A stretch of DNA of 64,000 nt from Selaginella moellendorffii (GCF_000143415.4 NW_003314287.1:518203-582202), one strand, 5' to 3'. Counted from the stretch's first letter, positions 24,401 to 35,518 are shown. Notes: generated by a model not told the origin, from the sequence alone. Numbers and translations: made by a program.

Positions 24401-25411
24401 GTAGATTATTGACATCTTTCACGGAAGACGACATCAACATGGATATACGCCGCCAGTTCAACCGTTGGTGCCGAAAGATACAAAGACCCATGCTCCCAGT
24501 TGCGGACTTCATTCTCTTCGACTTTCCAGATGGTCTTTCAGATATCGATGGGAAAGTTGAGGATTGGAACTTTCTCACACCTGACCACTTGCGCGATGCA
24601 TTCCTATTGTCTGAAGCACTTATGCTCGAAGCTGGCCATGTCGTCTTCATCCTACCGAACGACCCCAACTGGATGTATGAGCTTATGACGTGTGCAGCAG
24701 AAGTTCATTTCAAGTCATTCTCTTCCGGGTGCATTATGGATCCTATTGGCGTTGATACGAGGGGCGTCCAAGGGAAGCCTGAAAAGGTAAGTATGTATTT
24801 TATATTTTTATCTAATTTCTAAACATTTAATTTTCCAGGTTATGATGTGGACCTATCATGCCTTCTGCAGAAACACACATGATGGGTTTCGTGATAGTGA
24901 ACGTGCAGCACGTGTTTTGCCTGGGTACGACAGTTCCACTAACATCATACCCAACCTTGTGGATGAGCAGATCCACAACACGTTTCCAGGGTACCGATTC
25001 CGAACTCCATCAGCAATGCAAGTCTTGCTTGAGCTCTATTGCCCACTAGATGGTATTGTGATTGATTGCACAGCAGGTAGTGGTTCTATGGTGGAGGCAG
25101 CACGTGACTCTGGTAGGTCGGTGTTTGCTATTGAAGAACATCATTTCTTCAAACGCCGGCTCAGAGGATTTCGTGAGTTGCCTTCAACCTCAAGGAGGTA
25201 AATTATGTTTTATTAAAATTTCAATATATATTTCATTCTATTTTATAGATCACAGTCACCTGGAGTTTCTAGAATTGGAGGCTTTCGAAGTCTCCCTGAC
25301 TATGCAGAAGCCATAGCTCAACATATGCAAGGTGAATCTTCCCCACAATACCACTATAGGAGGAAGTATAAAAGAAATCATTATGTTGATGATGAGGTAG
25401 AAGAAAGTTAA
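21473..25411 (+). CDS. ParB/Srx-like domain fused to beta-class N6A/N4C DNA methyltransferase-like domain (10 exons, ~1073 aa; one in-frame TAA in this copy)
   Basis: Exons 21473-21484, 21781-22778, 22840-23041, 23097-23298, 23354-23717, 23765-24147, 24201-24292, 24340-24786, 24839-25197, 25249-25411; all GT-AG, total 3222 nt in frame. MPPRKRK start, poly-Pro, FQIIDGNHRY, ADFILFDFPD, and VIDCTAGSGSMVEAARDSGRSVFAIE. TAA at 23686-23688. Confidence 0.8.
21603..21686. repeat. Nested palindrome/hairpin in intron 1
   Basis: Perfect 15-bp stem 21629-21643/21646-21660 plus an outer 16-bp stem 21603-21618/21671-21686 with one G-U pair. Confidence 0.85.
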
Positions 25412-25463
25412 TTGCATCCTTACATAAAATGGAAAGCTTGTTATATGTTAGATGTTAGTGAAA

Positions 25464-25548
25464 GTGTCAGATGTCAGTAAAATTGTCAAATGTCAGTGTC
25501 AGTGTCAGATGTCAGTAAAATTGTCAAATGTCAGTGTCAGTGTCAGAT
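25464..25548. repeat. TGTCA-rich tandem repeat (38-bp unit, 2+ copies)
   Basis: Eleven TGTCA pentamers in ~85 bp, between the convergent 3' ends of two element genes. Confidence 0.9.
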
Positions 25549-25758
25549 ACCATAATTATAGATTATCATTCTCACCTGTCACCATCACTTTGTAGCGTTT
25601 GTGTGTTGCCATCTCCTCCTTCAACATTTTGTAAACAATTGTATGTGATATGATAGCACCTTCTAGAACAAGGTATGTTACCTACAACTAATATCATTTT
25701 ATTATATTTTTTCTTTTAATAGTGACAATACTATAGTATAGTAAAGTAATTCTAGATC

Positions 25759-26304
25759 TTACATTCCACTATAGGGTGGCCTAAAAACCCCATATTTTTC
25801 ACTAGCCAATGCAGTGTTTCCCAAGGGGATGTTGTTCCTCACCATGAAGCGATAGTGGGTATGTGTCTGTAACTCATTCTTGAATCTATTGTACATCCAC
25901 ATGTGCACATTTTCCAGACCTGCCGTTGGGCAATTCTTATAGTGCTCAAGAAAAGTTTGTAAACCCATAGAGCCATTTGTCTTGTCCAAGAAAAAGTAGC
26001 ATATTGGACACCGAATGTAATAGCGTTCTGTGCTTTCAAGTAGTCCTGCCATGTCAGGAGCAAGATCTTGCAAAAACATGTGGCATTGCTCTTGAAGCGC
26101 TAAAGGCAATCCCTCTCTAGTAGCAAGATCCGGAATTTCACATATAGGGAGCTCTAATTCAGCTTCACTAGAGCCCTCAGCAGAAAAAGGATTGTTATGT
26201 AGAGGTGAAGGTGGAATGTTGGTAGAACATGGGGATGGAGGTGGAGATTGATATGAAATGCTAGGGGGCCAAGTACGATTAGCAATGGGTCTCCTTTGAG
26301 CCAT
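25759..26304 (-). CDS. Small transposon-borne protein with zf-XS-like zinc finger (181 aa)
   Basis: ATG at 26304 (MAQRRP...), TATATAAA ~70 bp upstream, Pro/Ser-rich N terminus, motif CPIC-x18-H-x3-C-x8-H containing GLQTFLEH. Confidence 0.65.
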   Translation of the reverse strand: MAQRRPIANRTWPPSISYQSPPPSPCSTNIPPSPLHNNPFSAEGSSEAELELPICEIPDLATREGLPLALQEQCHMFLQDLAPDMAGLLESTERYYIRCPICYFFLDKTNGSMGLQTFLEHYKNCPTAGLENVHMWMYNRFKNELQTHTHYRFMVRNNIPLGNTALASEKYGVFRPPYSGM

Positions 26305-26392
26305 TTCAATATAAACTTCTAAGGAGCTCAAGGAGAACAAAAAACCTACAATGACTATAACTTTTCTAGATAGTTTATATACTAAGTTTTAG

Positions 26393-26534
26393 TCTTGGGA
26401 ATGCGGTTTATTTATTATGACACTGACAATACTCAGATTCTTGGGAACGAGGTTTATTTATTATGACACTGACAATACTCAGATTCTTGGGAATGAGGTT
26501 TATTTATTATGACACTGACAATACTCAGATTCTT
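26393..26534. repeat. 46-bp tandem repeat x3
   Basis: TCTTGGGAAYGMGGTTTATTTATTATGACACTGACAATACTCAGAT starting at 26393, 26439 and 26485; each unit has two TGACA. Confidence 0.95.
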
Positions 26535-26999
26535 TAAATGTTAGTCTTGGAAATGGGGCTTTATAATCATAGCTTTCTTGTAAACATAAGAGCTTCTAGA
26601 ATTTTAGATTATCGTGTATACACATGCTCTATCATTATGATGAATCCTACTTTGCTACACATATACACATGCCAAATGTCTACGGAAATAAATTGCAAGG
26701 AAATATAGACCACATTATAGTGGTAGAGCACGTTGGCACGCTACCATTCTCTCATGTGAGATTGCCTTTTAGTCTTGGAAATGTAGATAAAGTTGATTCT
26801 TTGATGTCATATTACTTTTGAGTCTTTCGAAAGATTTTGATTTCTTTTATCATTATTTACAAACAATTCCCAAAAACTTTTAATGAGGATTCACTGCAAA
26901 ATATACCTTGGTCTTATCATATGAGAGGATTGCGATATAGGCAAGCAATAGAGTTTTTAATATGAATTAATATGTAAATTACAAATGTCATGGAAAGTT

Positions 27000-27248
27000 T
27001 TATGGAGTAGATTTCTTGGCGCTTTCCGCTGTGTTGTTCATTTCTTCATTTCTCTTGCTCTGGACTGTTGTTTCAGAAGTAACAGGAGCATTTTTATCAA
27101 TCGTGATAGTGGTCTCTACATTCCCAGATGGGTAATAAGGACCAAGAGTGTAATATGGAGATTGTGGTAGTGAAATAAAATTAACATTCTCACATTCCTT
27201 TGCACTACAACTCTTACTCACAGATCTTGTATTTTCCTTGCTTCCCAT
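27000..27248 (-). CDS. Possible small element ORF (82 aa), unknown function
   Basis: ATG-TAA ORF MGSKENTRS... with TATAAAAA ~130 bp upstream; no recognisable domain. Confidence 0.3.
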   Translation of the reverse strand: MGSKENTRSVSKSCSAKECENVNFISLPQSPYYTLGPYYPSGNVETTITIDKNAPVTSETTVQSKRNEEMNNTAESAKKSTP

Positions 27249-27559
27249 CTTCACAAGAACCCTAAAAACTCTTTTGAATGAAGGAATAGTATCTACAGCT
27301 GTAAAAGTATTCAAAATATTAAGTAGTCAAATCAAATATGACAGCTATAACAGTTGTCATAATAAAATAATATAGTTTTATAAAAGATAGGTTCTCATGA
27401 ACTTTGTCTTTTTTAAACAATTCAATCTTATAGAAACTTTTAACTTAGATATTTACGTATTTTAATATTTTAAAGTTTGCTAGAACCTTCATTTGTTCAA
27501 TTTAGATCTCCTTTGTAATATTTCTTATTGACTATGTTGACTTGAGTTGACTTGTGTTG

Positions 27560-27587
27560 AATTGAGCTCAACTCATGAGCTCAACTC
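27560..27587 (-). repeat. Right (sub)terminal inverted repeat
   Basis: AATTGAGCTCAACTCATGAGCTCAACTC, the reverse complement of 15817-15844 with one mismatch. Confidence 0.85.
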
Positions 27588-27604
27588 AACTTTGGACCAT
27601 CCCC

Positions 27605-28136
27605 TCTGGGACAAGCTTGAAACTTACTAAATATGGAATGTCCCTAGATTGTGAATTTGGACACGGGACGAACACCATTGTGTTCAGGCTGATCTCTACA
27701 TTCCGTAGATATGCCAAATGAGCAAATCTAGACACTTTCCATAAATAGCATTTGGGACCGAAATGAGACTAACACAAAAGACATGATAGCGAGGGTGTTT
27801 GGCAGACACGGTAAGCTATCATATAGCGATATTGAGGGACCAATCTCAATACGCAAGGGTTCTTGTTAAGCCAGTGCAAGATAGAGCAAAAGAGAACTAA
27901 CAAGCCGGGCCGAGTATGCTCAGCTAAATAGACACTTAGGAATTCCTTCCTTATGCTCATCCAGCCAAGTACAGATGCAAAGTCTAGTTTACTAACACTT
28001 GAACAAGAGGGACTAATAAAGGGTCCAGCAATACCGACCTCCTGCCATCGTGGCAGTAAGGTAAGAGTGTCCGTAAGGACTATCCGACAGGTAACTTTCG
28101 ATACCTGAAGTCACATTCGCGACACTCTCCCCCCCT
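27605..28136 (-). mobile_element. Partial LTR X with adjacent polypurine tract
   Basis: Matches 11205-11705 and 35910-36398. Ends ...CGCGACA at 28124, followed by CTCTCCCCCCCT (minus-strand PPT). Confidence 0.8.
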
Positions 28137-28429
28137 AGGGAAGATCGACGTCCTCGTTGATGCATACTCGAGTCTAGAATACTGCCAAGGAAACAACCCC
28201 AGAAAAAGTTCACGGTACTCACACTATGTGAGAAATGCACCAACTTACATGAGTTAGGGGGCAACCTCTTTGTCTAACACGGATGCGCTACCAGCTCAGA
28301 CACCTTCCGGCCGTCGCTGACAAGGAAATGACCAATGGAGTCAGCCACCCTTGCTGCTTTGGGTGTCACCCAGCTACAAAAGTGTGATATGCCCCTGGAT
28401 ATAGAGGATATAGAGAGAGAAGCCAGAGG

Positions 28430-30725
28430 CCCCAACCCTCCTGAGCAAAGAAACCAAACCCGTCGATAAGGTTTAGATAGACTACTGTAAATAGGCAGTT
28501 AGAGTTGTTTACACGGTCACGCCCTTTCACGGAATAAGGAACATCGACAAAGAGGCGGGTTATATGACCAGTCGACAATAGCTACCCCATGACTAAAGAT
28601 TTCACCATGCACACGAAGTGCCGAAGCCAAGCTACCCATTACTGGCCCAAACGCAAAGATCAATAGATGGACAATATCAAAGTCATAGACAATGATATCT
28701 TAGAGTCGGAATTATCAGTGAATAAATCTTATAGTAGAACACAAAAGTATTCCAAGTATGTTATCATCTGATAAACTAATAGTTGATTATAAAAGTCACC
28801 AAGATCATCATAATTGGTAAACATAGGAATGACCATCCAACAAAATTCAATAGCAAGTATATCATCAAGGAAACTCAATGATGAAACTTAACTATTGAAG
28901 ATGGTAGACAGAATGCCAAACAACTTACAAAAGATAACTCAAAGAACACAAAGTAGCATTGACTGGCAAACAGAATGCTTGCGAATGTATCACCCGAAGG
29001 AAATAACATCCCAGCCTATCAGAACTAACTCGCGTAATAATCAACAGAACAGAATGAATGTGGTAAGACCAACAAACACCCATTCATGCCAACTATCACA
29101 CTAGCCAATCCGAATAGATCCCAGCCAACAACACTAAGGAACTCAAGTTGCCTAAGCAAGTGTTAGCAACATCCTATTGATGTCTCAAACCCAAAAGACC
29201 AAACCAGAGCAAACCACAAAGAACATGTGATAGTACGAAAAGCCATAAGCTATCAAAGAGAATAACTAACCATCATGAAAGATCATCGATCATCCTATCA
29301 AAAAGAGATATGCAGAATCATCGTCGAAGAAGGAATCCACTATCCCGAAGAATAGCAAATCATTCTAGATCAACGATAATCAAGCAAAACCTTTGACAAC
29401 GATAATCAATCATCCTAGATGATAGTCAATCATTATTAATGATTGTTAGATGCAAATACTAACTTCAACATCGAAGCTAAGAGCCAAAATGCCTTCCCCA
29501 ACAACTTCTAACAAATGGAACAATGAGCACAAAACTCAAGGAACCAAAAGCTCAAAGAAGTCTATAGCTAAGTCTTGCCTAACAATGATCACAAGGTTTG
29601 CATAAACTAACTTCAATGCTAAAGAGAAATCATGGTACAACCCACAATATCCCCTTCAACACATTCATAAGTTAAACTTCATAATGCCAAAGCTAATGAA
29701 GAGCATATCTGCATCAATCCAAAAGCCAAGCACAATGAAGTTATACTCAACAAGTGATCACTAAACGATCCTCCATGAATCCATTTATAGCAAGATGTAA
29801 CTCACATCATAACAAGCGCAAAAAGAATCATCAAATGATTGATATATCCCAACTGAAATCTAACAAGGATTCAATCACTTCAATACCAATCACTAACTCT
29901 TCTTCTCATAGAGGTAGCATTGTCCACGACTAAATCACTTTTTCAAGGAAAAGCTAAAGCTCAACCTCAACTAAGCAATCTCGTCTAGAACAACTAACTC
30001 AAACTTGCCACTCAGTTCGTTTGAACATCAACATAGTTGCTAACTAGCAATGCACAAAATGCCAATAGCACAAAGCCATAGCCAAATCATCAACACTATC
30101 TTCATCAAGACTAATGAAACTCAATATCAATCTTATAGAAAGACATCTCATCTCACTCGAATCTCAACATCAACAATGTCAACGACAAGGCATCACTTCA
30201 ATGCCATCAACACTATAACAAAGCTACAAGAAAGCAAGAGTGAATCACCACTTAAAACTCCCTAGCAACTAAGCTAACCAAAGTCGAAGATACTATACTT
30301 AGTATCCGAGACCAATCCTTCAGCAAAACTCAGTTACAGATAACACATCATCAAGGAGTAAATCACCACATCCAAGACTCAATGAAATCCAACACTATAG
30401 ACCAAACGTAACTAAATGATATCAACAGAGGTATAGTCGACATGCCAACATGAAAAACTCATGTAGGTCTAATGACACGATCCTCCACAACACCATCCAG
30501 TAAAGCAAGCCCATCACTGCTAAATCATCATCGAGCAAAGCAAGTGTCAATAGTCCTTGACGAAGTCTATAAAGAATCACTAGTCGCAAAGCAACTAACA
30601 ATCACTCCTCAACTTGCTTTCACAAGACCCAAACACGAACTCTTGTCATCAAGTTATATACTTATCCAATATGAACGTGATACCCTAGGTACGAGATAAA
30701 AGTTCATAGACAAGCACAAACTAAA
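28430..30725 (-). repeat. Internal repeat Y, copy 2; probable non-coding interior of an LTR-X element
   Basis: Inverted match to 8455-10807; runs on the minus strand into the PPT and LTR X at 28136-27605; no pol motifs seen. Confidence 0.7.
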
Positions 30726-31357
30726 TGACCACTCGAATCCAACTCAACCGCAATAAGCTCACCAATACGTTTAGCTAACAGCTCTGAGCATGCCTTTTGA
30801 AGAGGCTAGCTATACGATCAACACTCAGTCGAAACTAAAGTGAAGACCATAAGATGGACTCATATTGGTACACAACCTCCTCATAAACAAAGCTATAGTA
30901 TCTTAACCTCAAACAACTAAGGTGGACATCACCATCCTCAGCCAAGGCGCAAGGCCACCAAGACCAAGTCAAGATTAGTGAGAGCTCACTACTCTCATAG
31001 AGTCTAGCAAAATGCAAAGTGCAAACTACCACCAAGCACAACTCTATAGAAGAAAGGCACAAGGGTCACCCTTTTTAGAAAAGCGCAACGGCCACTTTTC
31101 TACACTAACTCTAGACTCTATCCAACTCAATTGCCTTAGCCCCAAAAAGTCAGCATCCCTTTTTGGGTCACATCATACAAACTACCTACCAAGGTCTAAG
31201 TTAACCAGAGTCAACTCTAGCCCCTTCACAAGTTTGTATTGGCTTACGAAAACGGAATGGTTTTTGGCAAAGTGATCAACAGATCAGCCATTGGAGAAGT
31301 CTAAGAAAATTTGTGGAAACTTTCCATCCTAGAGAAAGAGCTTCATCTGATCGCTTT

Positions 31358-31904
31358 CCGGCACCACCCAAACCCATGCTCACTCCCACCCAAGGCCCCT
31401 CGGCCTCAATCTCAACCTCAAGTCAGTTTGGAAGCACCATTGGAGAGTTCCTTCAAGACTGGTTCCTGAACCTCATTATCCCTACTATACTTTTGGAACC
31501 CCCTACAGTCCCCCCCCCCCCCCCCCCTGGGAGACGCACGTGCTTTGGGCTTTCACCCCTTGACCCGTATTAGTATTTGGACTTAATCTCAAATTCGATC
31601 TCGGACTCGATCTCGAACCCGACTTTGGACTCGATCTCGGACCCGATCTCGGACCCGATCTCAGACTCAACTTCGGACTCGACCTCAGACTCGGTCTCGG
31701 ACCCAATTTGGATCTCAAACTCGGTCTCGATCTCGGTCTCCGATTCGGCCTCGGCTCGATCCCGGACTCTATCTCGAACTTGGTCTCAGAGTTGGTCTTG
31801 GACTCGATCTTCGACTCGGTCCCATCCGATGAACTCTTTGTCATTTCGGTCATGCTTTCGGGGATCCTTTAGCCTACGACATCTCGGGGAGTCGGTTCCT
31901 TACA
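31358..31904 (-). mobile_element. Partial LTR W abutting the start of a Tcn1-like RT
   Basis: Matches 50190-50698 including the 12-bp GACTCGATCTCG-type array; ends CCTTACA immediately before YLLPLISELLE. Confidence 0.85.
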
Positions 31905-34900
31905 CTATTATCTGCTGCCCCTGATCTCAGAACTGTTGGAATGCCTCAGCGGTGCCCGCTTCTTCACCAAGATTGACCTCCGTGGAGCATACAACCTGAT
32001 CCGGATCCGGCCTGGTGATGAATGGAAGACTACGTTCCGAACCTACTATGGCCACTTCGAGTACACTGTCATGCCATTTGGCTTGACAAATGCCTCAACA
32101 GTTTTCCAACACATGGCAAACGACGTCTTTCGGTTGTTTCTTGATCAAATGGTGATTGTCTACCTCAATGACATCCTCATCTACTCAAAAACTCAGGAGG
32201 AGCACGACGAACATGTATGCAAGGTGCTGGCGAAGCTACGAGAACACGGCCTATATGCGAAACTTGAGAAATGTTCCTTCGATCAGCAGTCTGTGGAGTT
32301 CCTTGGGTACATTGTCACTCCTGAGGGTATCATGATGGATCCTGCCAAAGTCAAGACTATTCTCGAATGGGAGCCTCCACAATCAATGTCGAACGTTCAA
32401 GTTTTCCTTGGCTTTGCCAACTTCTACCGCAAATTCATTAATCACTACTCTGACATTGTCCTTCCTTTTACGCATCTCACTCGCAAGGATGTTCCCTTCT
32501 GTTGGTCTGCTGCTGCCCAGCAGGCCTTCGACACACTCAAGGCGGCCTTCAGTTCTGCTCCCGTCTTGATCCACGCTGATCCCTCACAACCTTTCTTCAT
32601 CGCGGATGACGCCTCCGACTTTGCCATCGGTGCTGTGCTGTCTCAACTCAGAGCGGATCACGAACTTCATCCGATTGCTTTCCATTCTCGGAAATTCCAG
32701 CCTGCGGAGATCAATTATGAAATCCATGACAAGAAGCTCCTTGCCATCGTGGATTCCTTTGGAGAGTGGCACCATTTCTTGGAGGGGGCGGGCCATCAAA
32801 CAACAGTCTGGATGGATCACAAAAATCTCAAGTACTTTGCCACTTCCCGAGTTTTGAGCCGTCGTCAAGCAAGGTGGGCACAATTCCTGAGTCGGTTTGA
32901 CTTTGTTATCAAGTACAGATCTGGAAAGCTTCAAGGCCTTCTTGATGCTCTTTCAAGGCGCTCCTATCTTAGTCTCAGGCTTGGTAATCCTACCTTCGAT
33001 CAACAAGATCAAGTTATCCTTGGTCCTGATTGGCTTCAAGTTATGGCAATTTCCCTAGCCCCTCAGGACTCCTCCTTGATGGATGCGATCAGAAACAATC
33101 TTCAATCTGATGACCTCGCCAGCGACATTTTCCCCCATCTTCAAGCTGGACACCCAGTGACTCCCGACTGCCGGTGATTTGATGAGTTCGAGTTTTTAGA
33201 TGGCTTGTTGTACCGTGGGGAGCAGCTTTACGTTCCTGAAGGTGATGCTCAAAGGTTGGTCCTGATGGAGTGCCACGATAGCCCGACTACTGGTCACTTC
33301 GGCATCGCAAAGACCTATGAGCTGGTTGCACGGGACTTTTGGTGGCCTCACATGGACGATTACATCAAAACTTTTGTTACCTCCTGTGACACTTGTGCCT
33401 GAAATAAGGTACCTCGCCACCTTCTTTCAGGTTTGCTTCGTTCCCTCCGGTCCCTTCGGGTCCTTGGGAATCCATCTCCATGGATTTCTTGAGTGATCTT
33501 CCAAGTTTTGGAGGCTTCAATAGCATTTTAGTCGTGGTGGATCGCTTCACAAAGATGGCGCACTTCCTGCCGTGTACCAAGGAGTTTTCGGGCGAGGACA
33601 TGGCAAAATTGGTATTTAGGGAAATTTTTCGATTTCATGGGATTCCTGCAGGTGTGGTTTCGGATCGGGGACCTCAGTTCATCTCTCATTTCTGGCAACG
33701 GTTTTTGTAGCTGCTTGGAGTGAAGGCCAACCTCTCTTCGGCGTATCATCCTCAAACTAATGGACAGTACGAGTGAATGATTCAGACGTTAGAACAATTC
33801 TTGAGGTGCTTCATCAATTATCATCAGGATGACTGGTTTGATATCCTTCCCCTTGCTGAGTTCTCCTATAACAACTCTGTTCACTCCTCTCTTCGAGTTT
33901 CCCCCTTCTTTGCAAACTCTGGCCGAAATCCCCAATTCAATTTCTCACTTCCTTCTCCATCCGAATCCTCTCATTCAAATCCCCGCTGTAAGACATTTGT
34001 CTCCAACCTCCAGGAAATCCACAACTCCATCTCCTTCCACCTCCATCGTGCTCAGGAATCTCACAAAACATTTGCCAATGCCCATCGTCAGGATTGTCCC
34101 CCTTACAATATTGGGGATAAAGTCTGGCTCCTTAAGCGAAATATCTCCACCACCAGGCCATGTCCCAAACTCGATTTCAAACACCTCAGTCCTTTCCCTA
34201 TCACTGCTATCATTAATCCTATTACTTATCGCCTTGCACTTCCCTCCTCCTATCAAATTCACCCCGTTTTTCACTCTTCTCTCCTTGAGCCTTATATTCC
34301 CAGTCCTATTCCAAATTGGGTCATTCTTCCGCCTCCACCAGTGCAACGCGAGGATGGGTCTAAGTACGAGGTTCAGGACATCCTTGATTCCAAGATCTCA
34401 AGGTCTAAACTCTACTGTCTGGTCGACTGGAAGGGTTATGGACCTGAAGAATGCACTTGGGAACCTGCAGACAACCTGATTCATTCTTCTGACCTTGATC
34501 AGGACTTCCACTGCCGCTATCCTTCTCGTCCCAGTCCTCATTCTTTTTCTCCATCTCCCGTCCCTCGCCGCCCATCTCATCCTCCTCTTCGTTGTCATTC
34601 ATGTCCTCGTTCCACTTGTTCTTGAGGAGGGGGTGCTGTCAGAAATCCCCCAATTCATACCACATTCATGAATCTCACTGGATTTTTGACCTACAGACCA
34701 CATTCCTGATTCTTGAGACACTTCCCTATTCCTGACTCTCGAGACTTTTCCCTATTCCTGACTCTTTGATTTCCTGTACGATTCCTGAGTCTTGAGCCAC
34801 ATTCCTGATGATGATATGGCGCCTCCTCGACCTCAACTATATTTAGGCCGTCCTCGATCCAAGAGTGGTGGAGCTTTATCAACCTATAGTATATATAGGT

Positions 34901-35023
34901 TAGCCTTGTTCCATTTCTCCACAATCTGAATCAACGCCAGTCCAAGGCCTCTTCTTTGTTTCCATTAGCTTTTCTCTTTGTTTTTTGCATTTTCCAGTCT
35001 TGATCTTGTTGGGGGTCTTGACA
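31905..35023 (+). mobile_element. Tcn1-like chromovirus, 5'-truncated: RT-RH-IN-chromodomain, PPT and 3' LTR (family V)
   Basis: KIDLRGAYNLIRIRPGDEWKT, DASDFAIGAVL, HHCC, SDRGPQF, chromo YEVQDILDS...VDWKGYGPEECTWEP. PPT GAGGAGGGGG at 34624; LTR TG...CA 34637-35023 (387 bp). Several stops and frameshifts. Confidence 0.92.
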
Positions 35024-35518
35024 GGGCGGTTGCAAAACTTCATCGTCCTCAGAACTTGAAGAGGAGTCCAGTTGCTTAGGTTTAGTTGGTTTAGCTGCTT
35101 CAGCTTCTTTTTTCCTCTTCTTGTTCTCCTTCTTCAATTTGTGGACTTCCTTTCGCAAATTCTTGATCTCAACTTCTTGAGCCATATGCTGTAGTGCCGC
35201 AGCATCTGGCCCTTCCTCTTCTAACTCAGCCTCAGCCTCTTTTGCAGCATCTTTAGCAGGAGTTTCCTCCTCTCGATTCGCCCATCTAAAGGTTTCAATG
35301 TCATTAACACGGTTCCTTTTCACCATCACGTTAGCTGCATGCATACCTCTATCAGTAACTGAACATGCATATAACGTTCTTACCGAATGGTGCAATCCAA
35401 CTAATCCTACACAGGTCACTTCGGATCTACTAGAAAAGTCTCTGCGTATGCAACTTGAGTCAGAAAGTCCGATAAAAGTTGGATAGAAATTGCTGAGACA
35501 ATTTCTTCTGATACTAAA

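Larger units (their letters stand above)
15797..27593. mobile_element. Mutator-like DNA transposon carrying a ParB-methyltransferase gene and small zinc-finger genes
   Basis: Inverted repeats at 15817-15844 and 27560-27587 (27/28 identical). GGACCAT direct repeat at 15790-15796 and 27594-27600. Internal intact DDE/SWIM transposase. Confidence 0.85.

Noticed and set aside
26393-26534. CRISPR-like array
   Set aside because: Units are head-to-tail with no unique spacers and there are no cas genes; it is a plain tandem repeat.
8455-30725. Giant element with 2.3-kb terminal inverted repeats
   Set aside because: The two copies have decayed differently, one is tied to a PPT-LTR, and no TSD was seen; independent insertions are simpler.
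31503-31924. S/D/P/R-repeat ORFs (also at 7379, 50298, 57252, 21081)
   Set aside because: Stop-free translations of 12-bp LTR arrays or the 22/24-bp minisatellite.
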